Below are positions 1 through 9,305 of a DNA stretch of 64,000 bases, piece after piece (the first letter of the stretch is position 1; each line of letters starts with the position of its first letter). The position numbers were made by a program, and so were the translations under genes. The notes beneath the pieces were generated by a model. That model saw nothing but the letters and a program-made list of their open reading frames with translations, did no database searches and had not been told where the DNA came from. This DNA comes from an uncultured Candidatus Saccharibacteria bacterium (GTDB lineage Bacteria; Patescibacteriota; Saccharimonadia; UBA4664; CAZOQX01). The stretch spans positions 1,115 through 65,114 of the forward strand of contig CAZOQX010000003.1 in the NCBI GenBank assembly GCA_964582465.1, read 5' to 3'.

Positions 1-1
1 C

Positions 2-1684
2 TTGGATTTGCACCTCGTTAGTTGTAGCTCGATCGGTCAGCAATCGTTCCATAGTGCCGGACATATGGAAGACTTCAAAGATACCGAGACGACCCTTGTA
101 ACCATTGTTGCACTCCTTGCAGCCCTTCCCCCTGTACAAAGTATAAGCTTTTTGGCCAGCAACTGGCAAATTTTCATATCCCAGGTCTTGACGCAAAGAT
201 TCGACTTCGCTCGCGGACTTGGGTAAGAGTGAGCTAAGAGCGTTCATAATAGAGAGAGTCTGGGCCGGTGTACTGTCGTAACTCTCGGCACAGTGCTCAC
301 AAACTTTACGCACTAAACGTTGACCAATCACTGTATTAACCGTTGAGGCAATTAGGAAGGGTTCTACGCCCATATCGAGTAGTCGCGGCAAAACTCCGGA
401 AGCAGAGTTCGTGTGAAGCGTAGAGAGCACAACGTGACCTGTGAGAGCTGCCTGTACCGCCAAGTCAGCCGTTTCACCGTCGCGAATCTCCCCTACCATC
501 ACCACATTCGGGTCTTGGCGGAGAATTGATCGTAAGCCCGAGGCGAAAGTGAGTCCAACCTCCGGGCTAACCTGCATCTGGTTAATGCCGTCCATTTTGT
601 ACTCCACTGGGTCTTCCAGCGTCACAATATTAATCGTTGGACTCTTGATTTGGGCGATAACGGCGTAAAGCGTAGTTGACTTACCCGAACCGGTTGGGCC
701 AGTCGAAAGCGTCATACCATGAGGGCGGTGAATGCCGTCGGTGATGAGGCGAAGTGATCGACCCTTGAACCCCAGCGCATCGAGGGTCAAAATCGAACCA
801 TCCTTGTCCAGCAGTCTGATAACCACCTGCTCTCCAAATACAATAGGTGCGATGGAAACACGTACGTCAATCTCCCGCCCGGCGGCTTTGAACTGAAATT
901 GACCGTCCTGCGGAATACGGTGTTCGTCGATTTTCAGATTGGATAAAATTTTGATACGAGAAATCAACGCCGCCTCCACCTCCTTCGGTAGCGTCATGGT
1001 TTCTTGCAAAATACCATCGACGCGCAGGCGCACCTTAACTTCTTTCGCCCGCGGTTCAATATGGATATCAGAAGCCCTGGAGTTGGCGGCATACTCCAAA
1101 ATAGTATTCAAGGCGCGAGTAATCGGGGCGTCCTGCACCAGATTAGAAACATTGTCTTTATTCTTCTTGTCCTCCGAAGAATTTTTCGGAGAGTTATCCG
1201 CCATTTCATTGACGGAATCAATCACAGCTGATACTTCCTGCGACACATCAGCTTTGTACTGCCCCAAAACATGCTCAACGCTGGATTCTGATACCATGAA
1301 CGGGATTAGATTGCGCCCGATCTTGCGGCTTATAAAGTCAATGGCCTGCACATTCGTCGGATCAACTGTGCCAATAGCCAAACGCCCACGCATTTCACCA
1401 AAGGGCACCGTCATGTAGCTTTTGGCCAGATCGCGAGGCATGGCAGCCAGAATATTGTCAGCCACCGTCACATTGTGCAAATCAGCATATGGGATGCCGT
1501 TAGCCTGCGCCATCACTCGGGTTAAATCCTCCTCACCCACAACTTTTTGCTGGGTCAGAAGTGCTACCAGAGTAGTTTTTTGTTTCTTGGCATCGCTTCT
1601 AAGCGTACTCAACTTTTCCTGCGTTACTAGCCCCTGCTGAGCTAAAAGCTGCTCAAGTAGTTGTTGTGTTTCGAGGGCAAGCAT
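2..1684 (-). CDS. pilB: Type IV pilus assembly ATPase PilB (GspE family), 3' end truncated by the window edge
   Basis: Missing from the ORF track because the ORF runs off the window. My minus-strand translation from the ATG at 1684 reads MLALETQQLLEQLLAQQGLVTQEKL... It contains Walker A GPTGSGKST, the IHIEP/RVDG T2SS-E core and a C-terminal CEHC...CKEC tetracysteine. The small + ORFs listed here are antisense to it. Confidence 0.93.
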   Translation of the reverse strand, partial: MLALETQQLLEQLLAQQGLVTQEKLSTLRSDAKKQKTTLVALLTQQKVVGEEDLTRVMAQANGIPYADLHNVTVADNILAAMPRDLAKSYMTVPFGEMRGRLAIGTVDPTNVQAIDFISRKIGRNLIPFMVSESSVEHVLGQYKADVSQEVSAVIDSVNEMADNSPKNSSEDKKNKDNVSNLVQDAPITRALNTILEYAANSRASDIHIEPRAKEVKVRLRVDGILQETMTLPKEVEAALISRIKILSNLKIDEHRIPQDGQFQFKAAGREIDVRVSIAPIVFGEQVVIRLLDKDGSILTLDALGFKGRSLRLITDGIHRPHGMTLSTGPTGSGKSTTLYAVIAQIKSPTINIVTLEDPVEYKMDGINQMQVSPEVGLTFASGLRSILRQDPNVVMVGEIRDGETADLAVQAALTGHVVLSTLHTNSASGVLPRLLDMGVEPFLIASTVNTVIGQRLVRKVCEHCAESYDSTPAQTLSIMNALSSLLPKSASEVESLRQDLGYENLPVAGQKAYTLYRGKGCKECNNGYKGRLGIFEVFHMSGTMERLLTDRATTNEVQIQ

Positions 1685-1690
1685 ACGGCA

Positions 1691-2764
1691 CTACACAAGA
1701 GACCTTTCGGCCAAACCAATTGCGACCGGATATTCCAAGGCCATTTGGTTCAGCTGTTCCTGCATCACTGCGGGGAAGCTGACATGAGCCCAAGGATTCG
1801 CAATCGTGACAGGCAGGCCAGTTGCATTTGCTAGGTAGGTCGGTAAATCTGGTAGGGCCGCCGCACCTCCGGTCAAAATAATCTTTTCAATTTTGACAGT
1901 TTCATCTTTGGAAGCAAAAAACTTTTCCGATTTGTCCAGCTCACTGACCAATAGGTCGAGTGACGGCTTAATGGCCTTGTAAACTTGTCCTTCTAGCTTG
2001 TCTTGCATTAGACCGAACTTTTTTGTGAATTGCTCGGCTTGTTCGGCCGCCAAACCCAACGATTGGCTCACCGCCTTGATAAATGTCGACCCACCAACGT
2101 TAATCGAGCGCACCAGCTTTGGAGCCTGTTTGTGTACTACCGCGATATCGGTGTAAAGGCTTCCGACGTCTACGATCATCACGGCCGTATCTTCACGAGG
2201 CATCAAGCTACGAATCAGCGCGACGGCGTTCATCTCCAGCGCTTCAAGTTGTAACCCAGCCCGGTCAATGATATTCATGTATTTATTTACGCCGGTGTTG
2301 GGCGCAGACACCAAAAGAACTTCCATCTGATTGGGATCTTTCGCTGGCCCCACCACTTGCCAGTCCATTTTTACTTGATCAGCCGCAGTCGGAATGTATT
2401 GATCGGCCTGCAATTTAATGGCCTTGGCTAGCTCCTGATCATTCAGTTTGGGCGTCGTGATCACAGTAGCAAAAGCCAAAGCGGAAGGAATCCCTGCCAC
2501 CACGTTTTTAGTCGTGATTTTGGCGTCCTTCACTAGCTGTTTAATAACGTCCGCCACCTTCGATTGGTCCATCGGTGAGTCGCTAGTTGATAGTCCCGGT
2601 GGCAAATCAGCCGAGCCATAGGTCACAAGCGCCGGATTACCGCCACCAGCCCGAAGCTGCACCACCCTGACGCCAGTGGTTCCGATGTCTAGACCGAAAT
2701 AGCTATCTGAGCCTTGGAATAAGTTCATTAGCCAAATCATACCATAAGCAATATGGCTTGCCAA
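1691..2764 (-). CDS. pilM: Type IV pilus assembly protein PilM (actin-like ATPase fold)
   Basis: 357-aa ORF with YFGLDIGTTGVRVVQL and VDVGSLYTDI actin/FtsA-like phosphate motifs, adjacent to pilB. The start is uncertain: TTG at 2764, or the ATG at 2728 giving MNLFQGSD. Confidence 0.85.
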   Translation of the reverse strand: MASHIAYGMIWLMNLFQGSDSYFGLDIGTTGVRVVQLRAGGGNPALVTYGSADLPPGLSTSDSPMDQSKVADVIKQLVKDAKITTKNVVAGIPSALAFATVITTPKLNDQELAKAIKLQADQYIPTAADQVKMDWQVVGPAKDPNQMEVLLVSAPNTGVNKYMNIIDRAGLQLEALEMNAVALIRSLMPREDTAVMIVDVGSLYTDIAVVHKQAPKLVRSINVGGSTFIKAVSQSLGLAAEQAEQFTKKFGLMQDKLEGQVYKAIKPSLDLLVSELDKSEKFFASKDETVKIEKIILTGGAAALPDLPTYLANATGLPVTIANPWAHVSFPAVMQEQLNQMALEYPVAIGLAERSLV

Positions 2765-2771
2765 CTAGAAA

Positions 2772-3761
2772 CTAGCGTAGTTGCGGCAATAGTTTCAGGA
2801 TATGCGCTGTTTGGCTTTGTGCGGCGAGCCAGCGCGCAAGCGTGGGCGGCTTAAGTAAGATTATTCTGGCTAAAACAACGCCGTCGACTGTTTTTTCTCG
2901 CTTCAATATGTAGGTATTACCCTTAGCCGTGACCGCACCCGTAACTAACTGACCATCAGCCACGGCTGTGACTGCGTCGGCCACCGAAATCGGCAAGTTG
3001 CCGGCGCTAACCAACATGGCGTCTCCTGTTTTAGTCGCCGATACATCCTGCGAGTAGAGCTGCTGCAAATTAGTAAAATCCGCACCTTGTTTCAGCTTCT
3101 GGAGCAAACTCGCCGCCTGATCTTGGCTTTGCTTCACTAAAGTCGGATCTTGCTGCAGAGCCAGCGTCACCTTCTGATCTAAAAGCTGCTGCTTAGCACG
3201 GTAGCTAAACTCGAAACTATCTAGTCCGTATTGCTTCTTAATGTCACTAAGCGCCTTCTTTTTACCACCACCGTCCTTGTACAAACCATCCAGCGCTTTT
3301 GTACTCTCCTGATCAGTTAGCTCGATATGATGACTGCGCGCCCAGGCCGAGATTAAGGCCTGATTAGCGGACTCGGCCATAGCCTGTTCGTTTTGCTGTT
3401 TAGCGGTGAGCTTTTGGTTTACTTTATGTATTTCGAAATATTTTGCCTGGCTGCGCAGATTCAACAAGTAATCGTAGACGCTAACGGGGGTACGATTAAC
3501 ATACGCTGCCGGGATTGGTAATATGCGGGACATCCGATAAGCGAAGTCATTCTGCCAACCCAGTAAATATATGCCGACGGTTGCAGTCAGAATGGCAAAA
3601 CCTGCCGCCACCATTAGCGCTACAGCTGTTACAGCAGTCACTTTGCGCTGAGACTTGTTCGTATGAGCCAACACAAAGCGACTCACTACCTTCGCACTAT
3701 CCCCAATGAGCGACTTAAGCTGCTCACCTGCCTCTCGAAAAGTATCGCGAATCTCGCTCAT
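2772..3761 (-). CDS. Membrane-anchored SurA-N/parvulin-like (PpiC-type) peptidyl-prolyl isomerase-like protein
   Basis: One N-terminal TM helix (VTAVTAVALMVAAGFAILTATVGIYLL). It is followed by a SurA_N-like region (IPAAYVNRTPVSVYDYL) and a C-terminal parvulin-like segment (LQKLKQGADFTNLQQLYSQD...GNTYILKRE). The stop overlaps the next gene (ATGA at 3758-3761). Family call rests on motif recognition only. Confidence 0.55.
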   Translation of the reverse strand: MSEIRDTFREAGEQLKSLIGDSAKVVSRFVLAHTNKSQRKVTAVTAVALMVAAGFAILTATVGIYLLGWQNDFAYRMSRILPIPAAYVNRTPVSVYDYLLNLRSQAKYFEIHKVNQKLTAKQQNEQAMAESANQALISAWARSHHIELTDQESTKALDGLYKDGGGKKKALSDIKKQYGLDSFEFSYRAKQQLLDQKVTLALQQDPTLVKQSQDQAASLLQKLKQGADFTNLQQLYSQDVSATKTGDAMLVSAGNLPISVADAVTAVADGQLVTGAVTAKGNTYILKREKTVDGVVLARIILLKPPTLARWLAAQSQTAHILKLLPQLR

Positions 3762-4963
3762 TGGTTCACCACCGAATTATTTAAAGCACAGCTATTATAG
3801 ATGCCAGCGCCGTTTTGATCCGTAGACTGCGGTCCCACCTTGCAAACCGGAGAGGTACTGCTCCCCGAGAACAGGGCGTAATCAAATATACCAATCAGCT
3901 GCCCCGTCAGGGTTTTGGTCGCCACCACGCGTCGGCGGATGTCGCCCGACTGCCCTACTACGTCGATCACCAACTGCGACCCCGGAATTTGTAAATCTGG
4001 ACCGTTCGCGTAAATGCCATCCGATAGCAGCTTCACTTGGTAATCAACTGAATAGGCTTTGCCATTTACGTCCTGATCAGCCGTACTCACTAACCGAACG
4101 CGGAAAATATATCCACGGCTACGATTATTGGGCGTACCGCTGCTCGCGATTTGATACAAAACACAGCTATAATTCGCCACCGTCGTAGTGTCGAGCACGA
4201 CGGTATTTCCAGTCTGCGGCAACGTCGAAGGGCTCGGCGTCGTAGAGGTAAACTGGGTTTTTTCCACCTTCACATCCTGAGAAGTACTGCCGTTGAAAGA
4301 CACCGCTGTTAACTCGAAGGCGGCACTGGGGTCAACTGCCAATATTTTATCAACACCATTGACGCCGCTCGAGGAAGTGCGCGCCCAGCAGAAACGGAAA
4401 GCTGAATAATCCTGAAAGAGTTTGTACGCGCTGTTACAATCTGGCGGGTTCTGGCCGATTGTACCTGTAGCCGCCACAGTGGCGCTGCACTTACGTGTCA
4501 AATAACTGGTATCAAATTGTAGGCTTTGATCCTTCAACACCGAGCCAGCAAAATTAGCATTGGTGCTCGGATAAACCTTACGTTGGCGCCACGATACCAG
4601 CCCGGGCGGATCAGTCGCCGGTGGCTCCTTGGTAATGGTGTAGTTCGGCCAGTTTGAGCTGGTAGTATCGGGCAGCACGGCGTAGTCCCCTACCAGCGTG
4701 CCATTATCGTATTGATTCGGGAAAAGCGTCTGGAGCTGACTCGTCGGGTTCGCCACACCGTCCAAAGTTTTAAGAGCATCCTCAATGCCCGCCTCGGCCG
4801 CATAAAAGGCATCCTCCGAGCGATCAACTTGACTCGATTGATTCAGCTCATTAATCGTCAGCTTCGCCGCATAGCTAGTCGTTACCACCAATAAGATGGC
4901 AATAATTGACACCAGGTAAATGGCGATGGCGCCGCGCTCGTTAGTTTTAACTACTTGCTTCAT
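3758..4963 (-). CDS. PilX-N-like pilus-associated protein (pseudopilin-like N-terminus, large Thr/Ser/Asn-rich ectodomain)
   Basis: The N-terminus MKQVVKTNERGAIAIYLVSIIAILLVV resembles the PilX N-terminal ERG + hydrophobic helix and lacks Glu at +5. It is translationally coupled to the flanking minor-pilin gene. Confidence 0.6.
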   Translation of the reverse strand: MKQVVKTNERGAIAIYLVSIIAILLVVTTSYAAKLTINELNQSSQVDRSEDAFYAAEAGIEDALKTLDGVANPTSQLQTLFPNQYDNGTLVGDYAVLPDTTSSNWPNYTITKEPPATDPPGLVSWRQRKVYPSTNANFAGSVLKDQSLQFDTSYLTRKCSATVAATGTIGQNPPDCNSAYKLFQDYSAFRFCWARTSSSGVNGVDKILAVDPSAAFELTAVSFNGSTSQDVKVEKTQFTSTTPSPSTLPQTGNTVVLDTTTVANYSCVLYQIASSGTPNNRSRGYIFRVRLVSTADQDVNGKAYSVDYQVKLLSDGIYANGPDLQIPGSQLVIDVVGQSGDIRRRVVATKTLTGQLIGIFDYALFSGSSTSPVCKVGPQSTDQNGAGIYNSCALNNSVVNQ

Positions 4964-5472
4964 TATTTGCCCCTCAAGGTTGCAACTGTCGACAAGCTAT
5001 AGGCGTAGGCGTAGGGATCACTTGAGCTAACGCTCCCAGGTTGCTTCAGCCAAACTGCCATATCAACCTGAAGCGCCTCTTTGTCACCCGCTGGGGCTAG
5101 GTTTTGATAGCGCACCGCCTGAATAAATACTCCGTCGGTCACTGACACACCGTTTCTGAGGATGGCATTATTTGCAAAAGTATAATTCACGTCCGTCGCG
5201 GCTTGACCATTCAAGTTTTGGTTGTATTGCAAGGTTAGCGCAGTGGGACTGTTCACGGCGGCAGCCTTGGCGTTTCTAATGTCTCGCGCAATGCCCTCTA
5301 GTACATAGCGGCCGTTTTGCTGTACCGCTCGCTGCGTGGCACCCTTTTGCTGCAGCTTAGAGATCGAGGTGAAGGTCAGGCTGGCCGTAATCATAGCGGA
5401 TGATAAAAGTGCCATGCCAATCACCACTTCAACCAGAGTAATGCCATCTTCGCGCCTCACGACTGCGTCCAA
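4963..5472 (-). CDS. Minor pilin (prepilin-type N-terminal cleavage/methylation domain)
   Basis: N-terminus MDAVVRREDG|ITLVEVVIGMALL gives the G-x-T-L-x-E prepilin signature with Glu+5. 169 aa. Confidence 0.8.
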   Translation of the reverse strand: MDAVVRREDGITLVEVVIGMALLSSAMITASLTFTSISKLQQKGATQRAVQQNGRYVLEGIARDIRNAKAAAVNSPTALTLQYNQNLNGQAATDVNYTFANNAILRNGVSVTDGVFIQAVRYQNLAPAGDKEALQVDMAVWLKQPGSVSSSDPYAYAYSLSTVATLRGK

Positions 5473-6011
5473 TCGGTTAAAACGGTCCGCTCAATTACCT
5501 GCCTGGTACCGTTACTCTCCGTCCAGTTCACCTGCACCTGCACGTTTTTAGTATGAGAATCACCGTTGGCATCGCAGATTGTGAGCATACGGGAATAACT
5601 TGAATAAATCTGGCCAAAGTTGACACTATTACCATTAATGTCCAAGCTAGTGCCATCGAGTGCACCGGAACTGTAGGCGGTCGGACTAGCCACGGTCGCC
5701 TTACTCCAGCCACCTGGTCCGGCCACGCTCGGACGCATTATCCACTGGTGAGCTTGATCATTGGCGCAGCCGGTGATGCCATCCAAAAATGTGGCTGTAT
5801 CGCGTAGCTCACTATCACGGTAGGCTCGAAGCGCTTCCATCTCTCGATCAGCCAGTGCCACGGCCTGACTGCGCCGCCCCGCTTCTCCACTGGTTTTGGA
5901 TGATACACTCGCAAGCGCCGCGGCTGATGTGATCGACATCGCCATTAACGCCAGCGCTACCACTAGCTCGACCAAGGTTTGTCCAGATTGATTAGTCTTC
6001 AATGCCGCCAC
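5457..6011 (-). CDS. Minor pilin (prepilin-type N-terminal domain, PilV-like)
   Basis: N-terminus MAALKTNQSG|QTLVELVVALALMAM. 184 aa. Overlaps the downstream minor pilin by 16 nt. Confidence 0.8.
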   Translation of the reverse strand: MAALKTNQSGQTLVELVVALALMAMSITSAAALASVSSKTSGEAGRRSQAVALADREMEALRAYRDSELRDTATFLDGITGCANDQAHQWIMRPSVAGPGGWSKATVASPTAYSSGALDGTSLDINGNSVNFGQIYSSYSRMLTICDANGDSHTKNVQVQVNWTESNGTRQVIERTVLTDWTQS

Positions 6012-6017
6012 GAATTA

Positions 6018-6671
6018 TTACTTTACTGATACGTCAATCTTACCATTAGCGGGATAAAAAATCACTGTGCCGGTAAGTGCGACGTAATCAGCCGTTAGTG
6101 TAAATGTGACGTTTTGAGCGCCCGTATAGGGTTTGCCGGTAGAGGTTGTGACGGCCGCACACGGCGTACCGGAATCATCACAGCTAGTAAAACTCTTGCC
6201 GTCCGGGGCCAGAAATGCCAGCGATATGCTACTTGGCGCCGAGTTGCCGGCATTGTTTACGGCGATAGCCGAGATCTTGAGCCCCTCGGCGGTCAAGCTG
6301 GTCGAAGCGGCGAAAACTGGATCACTAATACCCGTCTGCTGAGTGTTATCGGTAGCAACCGACGTGTTTGTAAAATCACTGCCGTTTAATAGCATCGAAT
6401 CATACTTGTTCCCGGCCGAATTGTTATAAAAATTTAGGGCCGTCCCCCGCCAATAGCAGGGCGAGGTGGCACAGGTGCCAACTTGGCCAGTGTACGAATG
6501 CACCTGGGCCTGGCGAATGTCGTTCGCGAAGGCCTTGACCTCATCACTAAAACGCTCAGTTTTGATACTTGTCCCAGCTCCCCGGATTAAAACTAACGTC
6601 AACAATCCTATGATAGCCAGAGCCACCGTAGTTTCGATCAAAGTGTAGCCTTGTTTCCTAGGTAGTATCAT
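6018..6671 (-). CDS. Minor pilin (prepilin-type N-terminal domain, FimT/GspH-like)
   Basis: N-terminus MILPRKQG|YTLIETTVALAIIGLL. 217 aa. Confidence 0.8.
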   Translation of the reverse strand: MILPRKQGYTLIETTVALAIIGLLTLVLIRGAGTSIKTERFSDEVKAFANDIRQAQVHSYTGQVGTCATSPCYWRGTALNFYNNSAGNKYDSMLLNGSDFTNTSVATDNTQQTGISDPVFAASTSLTAEGLKISAIAVNNAGNSAPSSISLAFLAPDGKSFTSCDDSGTPCAAVTTSTGKPYTGAQNVTFTLTADYVALTGTVIFYPANGKIDVSVK

Positions 6672-6748
6672 TCTTAAAGTCCTTGAGCTTATACTACCAA
6701 ATAAATCCAGGAATACTAAATCCGGTTTTACCTAGGAGTAGAGGAACG

Positions 6749-7180
6749 CTATCTCACCGGGAATAAACCGGCGCCTTCGGTACAAACCGAAAGTTCGAAG
6801 TCACGATTATTGGCAGATTGAGCATAGAGTACTTCATATCTACTGGCATCAGTCGTAGCCGCACAGGCACCCGTCAAGTTTCCTGACGCAACATAAGTAC
6901 CAGCGGTAAAAGTATACTTGCCACCCAGCTTTGCGTCTAAGGTCGTCACGGCCGTTTTAGCAGCCGCATTGCTCGCAGGATAACTCGCGCCGTTATTAGC
7001 CGCATACTGATCAAGCAAGCCACCCATGCGGCCAGCCTCAGTCTTACGCGTAGTGTCACGTTGGGACTTCTGGGCACTGGCAATGGCGTTAAAGACCACC
7101 AGTATGATCAGGGCAGCGATGGCTAGCACGATCACTACTTCGATTAATGTAAACCCTTTAGATTTTTTCAATTCTCTCAC
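6749..7180 (-). CDS. pilA: Type IV major pilin-like protein, paralog 1
   Basis: N-terminus (V)RELKKSKG|FTLIEVVIVLAIAALIILVV with a short leader, Gly-1, Phe+1 and Glu+5. The small size (143 aa) and C-terminal Cys pair (C...C) are typical of T4a pilins. GTG start as listed. A TTG two codons later, preceded by GGTGAGAG, is an alternative. Confidence 0.85.
   Translation of the reverse strand: MRELKKSKGFTLIEVVIVLAIAALIILVVFNAIASAQKSQRDTTRKTEAGRMGGLLDQYAANNGASYPASNAAAKTAVTTLDAKLGGKYTFTAGTYVASGNLTGACAATTDASRYEVLYAQSANNRDFELSVCTEGAGLFPVR
7026..7161. repeat. Direct repeat copy A (pilin N-terminal coding segment)
   Basis: 136 bp matches 7556-7691 at an offset of 530 bp. I counted only 4 mismatches by eye. 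Confidence 0.85.
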
Positions 7181-7224
7181 CCACTTGATGCTTATGTTTA
7201 CCTATTTATACCACTTCTCCCGTC

Positions 7225-7251
7225 AAAAACAAAACCGGGAGCACGGCCCGG
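7225..7251 (-). terminator. Rho-independent terminator after pilin paralog 2
   Basis: Minus strand reads CCGGG-ccgtgct-CCCGG followed by TTTTGTTTTT, about 20 nt after the stop at 7272. Confidence 0.6.
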
Positions 7252-7271
7252 CTTAGTTTTTGACTTTCGGA

Positions 7272-7712
7272 TTATTTAACTTGGACTAGTCCGCCACCTT
7301 CTGTACAAACACTCAACTCGTAGTCGCGGTTCGTTGCTCCATTTGTGACATATAACACCTCATATATCGCAGCCGTTGTTGGGCTAGTAGCACAGGCACC
7401 GGTTAAGGCCCCATTGGCGACGTAGGTGCCTGCTGTAAAGGTGTACTTAGCACCTAGTTTAGAGTCAAGACCGGTTACAGCCGTCTTGGCTAAGGCAGTG
7501 GTAGATGGATATACACCAGAAGCATTAGACGCGGATTGTTCTAGTAGACTCACAATGCGGCCAGCCTCAGTCTTACGCGTAGTGTCACGTTGGGACTTCT
7601 GGGCACTGGCAATGGCGTTAAAGACCACTAGCAGGATCAGGGCAGCGATGGCTAACACGATCACTACTTCGATTAATGTAAACCCTTTAGCCTTATTTAG
7701 TTTCCGTAACAT
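7272..7712 (-). CDS. pilA: Type IV major pilin-like protein, paralog 2
   Basis: The listed ORF (7272-7784) has a 24-aa implausible extension. The ATG at 7712 gives MLRKLNKAKG|FTLIEVVIVLAIAALILLVV and is preceded by AAAGGTGAG. N-terminal 50 aa and the C-terminal motif (YEVLY...NRD-ELSVCTEG-GL) are shared with paralog 1. Confidence 0.85.
   Translation of the reverse strand: MLRKLNKAKGFTLIEVVIVLAIAALILLVVFNAIASAQKSQRDTTRKTEAGRIVSLLEQSASNASGVYPSTTALAKTAVTGLDSKLGAKYTFTAGTYVANGALTGACATSPTTAAIYEVLYVTNGATNRDYELSVCTEGGGLVQVK
7556..7691. repeat. Direct repeat copy B (pilin N-terminal coding segment)
   Basis: Partner of 7026-7161. Confidence 0.85.
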
Positions 7713-7790
7713 AATATTTGTGCTCACCTTTCTATTACTTATAGTGCTTACGTTTAATTTAAAGTCTTTCAGCTCAGTTGTCAACCTCCC

Positions 7791-9017
7791 CTACCTAGTT
7801 GGCCCACTGCTGACGCCCGACACTAAGCCGTAAATCGGCAGAAGCACGGCGCCGATCAGGAAGGCCACCATCACGCCCAAAACTACCATGGTAGCAGGCT
7901 CAATCAGGGTGGAGATATTTTTGACGGCCTGATCGACCTCATCTTCATAATAAGAAGCTACCTTCTCCAGACTATCGCCGAGCGTACCTGTTTGTTCACC
8001 GACCGCGAGCATTTGGCCAACCAGCGGCAAAAACATCGGGTGGTCCGTAATTAATTCCGATAGCGATGTGCCGCTTTTGACACGATTAGTGATATCTAAA
8101 ATAGCCCGCTCGAAATTAACATTATTGATGGATTGGGCCACAATAGTGAGCGCCTGCAAAATAGGCACGCCAGTTGAGATCAGTGAACCCAGCGTCCGCG
8201 CGAACCGCGCCATGTAAACTTTTTCCATCAATTGACCAAATAACGGCACCTTCGTCTTCAAGCTATCCAGCTGGCTGCGGCCAGGCGCAGATTTAATATA
8301 CATCCGTAGGCCATAGCCTGCCCCGATCAGCACTAACACGGTAATGTACCAATAGTGGGTGGTGAAATTGGAGAGAGCGAGCATTATTCGCGTAAAAACT
8401 GGCAAGGGCTTTTTGAGATCTTCATACATCTTGCCCACCTGCGGTAAGACCAAAGTTAGCATCAAGGTTGACACACCCAAAAGCACAGCCAGCACCACAG
8501 CAGGATAGGTTAAAGCGCCTCTGATTTTTGACCTAATCGCCTGGTTTTTCTCCTCCTGGTCGGCCAGCTTGAGCAAAACTTCGTCCAGATTACCGCTCAC
8601 CTCCCCCGCCTCGACCATGCTGATATAAATCGTGCTAAATATGTCGGCATGCTGAGCAAGCGACTGCGATAAACTCACGCCCCCCTCTAGACTGCTCGAC
8701 AGGCTTCGAATTATCTCCTTAAGCTTCGGGTTGGTCATCTGTTGCTCTAGCATACGCAGAGCTTTGGCAATTGGCAGGCCGGCCTTTACCATGGTGGCCA
8801 GCTGGCGGGTAAAGATGACCTTCTCTTTCGTGCTAACACGGTGCAAGATTTTATCGAGGAAAGAAGAATCTAGGCCCGGTTTTTTGGTGCCAATTTCCAG
8901 AGGAAACAACTGTTTTGCAACCAAGAGTTTGGTGGCTTCTTTTTCGCTCGCCGCCTCAACTTCGGCTTTGACCAGTTGCCCGGTCGCGTCTTTAGCTACG
9001 TAGTAATACTGCTGCAT
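7791..9017 (-). CDS. pilC: Type IV pilus platform protein PilC (GspF family)
   Basis: 408 aa with two T2SS-F repeats (FTRQLATMVKAGLPI... and FARTLGSLISTGVPI...) and three TM segments. Confidence 0.92.
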   Translation of the reverse strand: MQQYYYVAKDATGQLVKAEVEAASEKEATKLLVAKQLFPLEIGTKKPGLDSSFLDKILHRVSTKEKVIFTRQLATMVKAGLPIAKALRMLEQQMTNPKLKEIIRSLSSSLEGGVSLSQSLAQHADIFSTIYISMVEAGEVSGNLDEVLLKLADQEEKNQAIRSKIRGALTYPAVVLAVLLGVSTLMLTLVLPQVGKMYEDLKKPLPVFTRIMLALSNFTTHYWYITVLVLIGAGYGLRMYIKSAPGRSQLDSLKTKVPLFGQLMEKVYMARFARTLGSLISTGVPILQALTIVAQSINNVNFERAILDITNRVKSGTSLSELITDHPMFLPLVGQMLAVGEQTGTLGDSLEKVASYYEDEVDQAVKNISTLIEPATMVVLGVMVAFLIGAVLLPIYGLVSGVSSGPTR

Positions 9018-9026
9018 CGAAGTCTC

Positions 9027-9305
9027 CTACTGAAAGGGATCACTCTTACCTAGATCGCCTGATTTCGGCGAAACATCGGGGTAATCCGTGTCCTTTGACT
9101 GGAGTTGCTGAAGAGCATTTTGATCAAAAGAGGTGTTGATCCTAGCGGGGCCGGCAGCCGGCAAGTTGCCAGATTTTTGGGACTTTTTGTGGTGCGGGAA
9201 AAGCATCCAGCCTAGCACACCGACGATTAAGACTAAAATAACGATTTCTTTTACGAGCTTGCTTTGAGCCCGATTCTGAGGCATGGCAACTTTGGGCATT
9301 TTCAT
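9027..9305 (-). CDS. Small bitopic membrane protein, possibly PilP-like
   Basis: 92 aa with one TM (IVILVLIVGVLGWMLF) and a C-terminal SDPF, reminiscent of the DPF motif of PilP-type proteins. ATGA overlap with the upstream pilO-like gene. Function is inferred from position only. Confidence 0.4.
   Translation of the reverse strand: MKMPKVAMPQNRAQSKLVKEIVILVLIVGVLGWMLFPHHKKSQKSGNLPAAGPARINTSFDQNALQQLQSKDTDYPDVSPKSGDLGKSDPFQ

Noticed and set aside
441-1640. Four + strand ORFs from the track (441-668, 939-1418, 1004-1231, 1422-1640)
   Set aside because: They are antisense to a continuous minus-strand reading frame that translates into an unmistakable PilB/GspE ATPase. That partial gene is simply missing from the track because it has no stop within the window.
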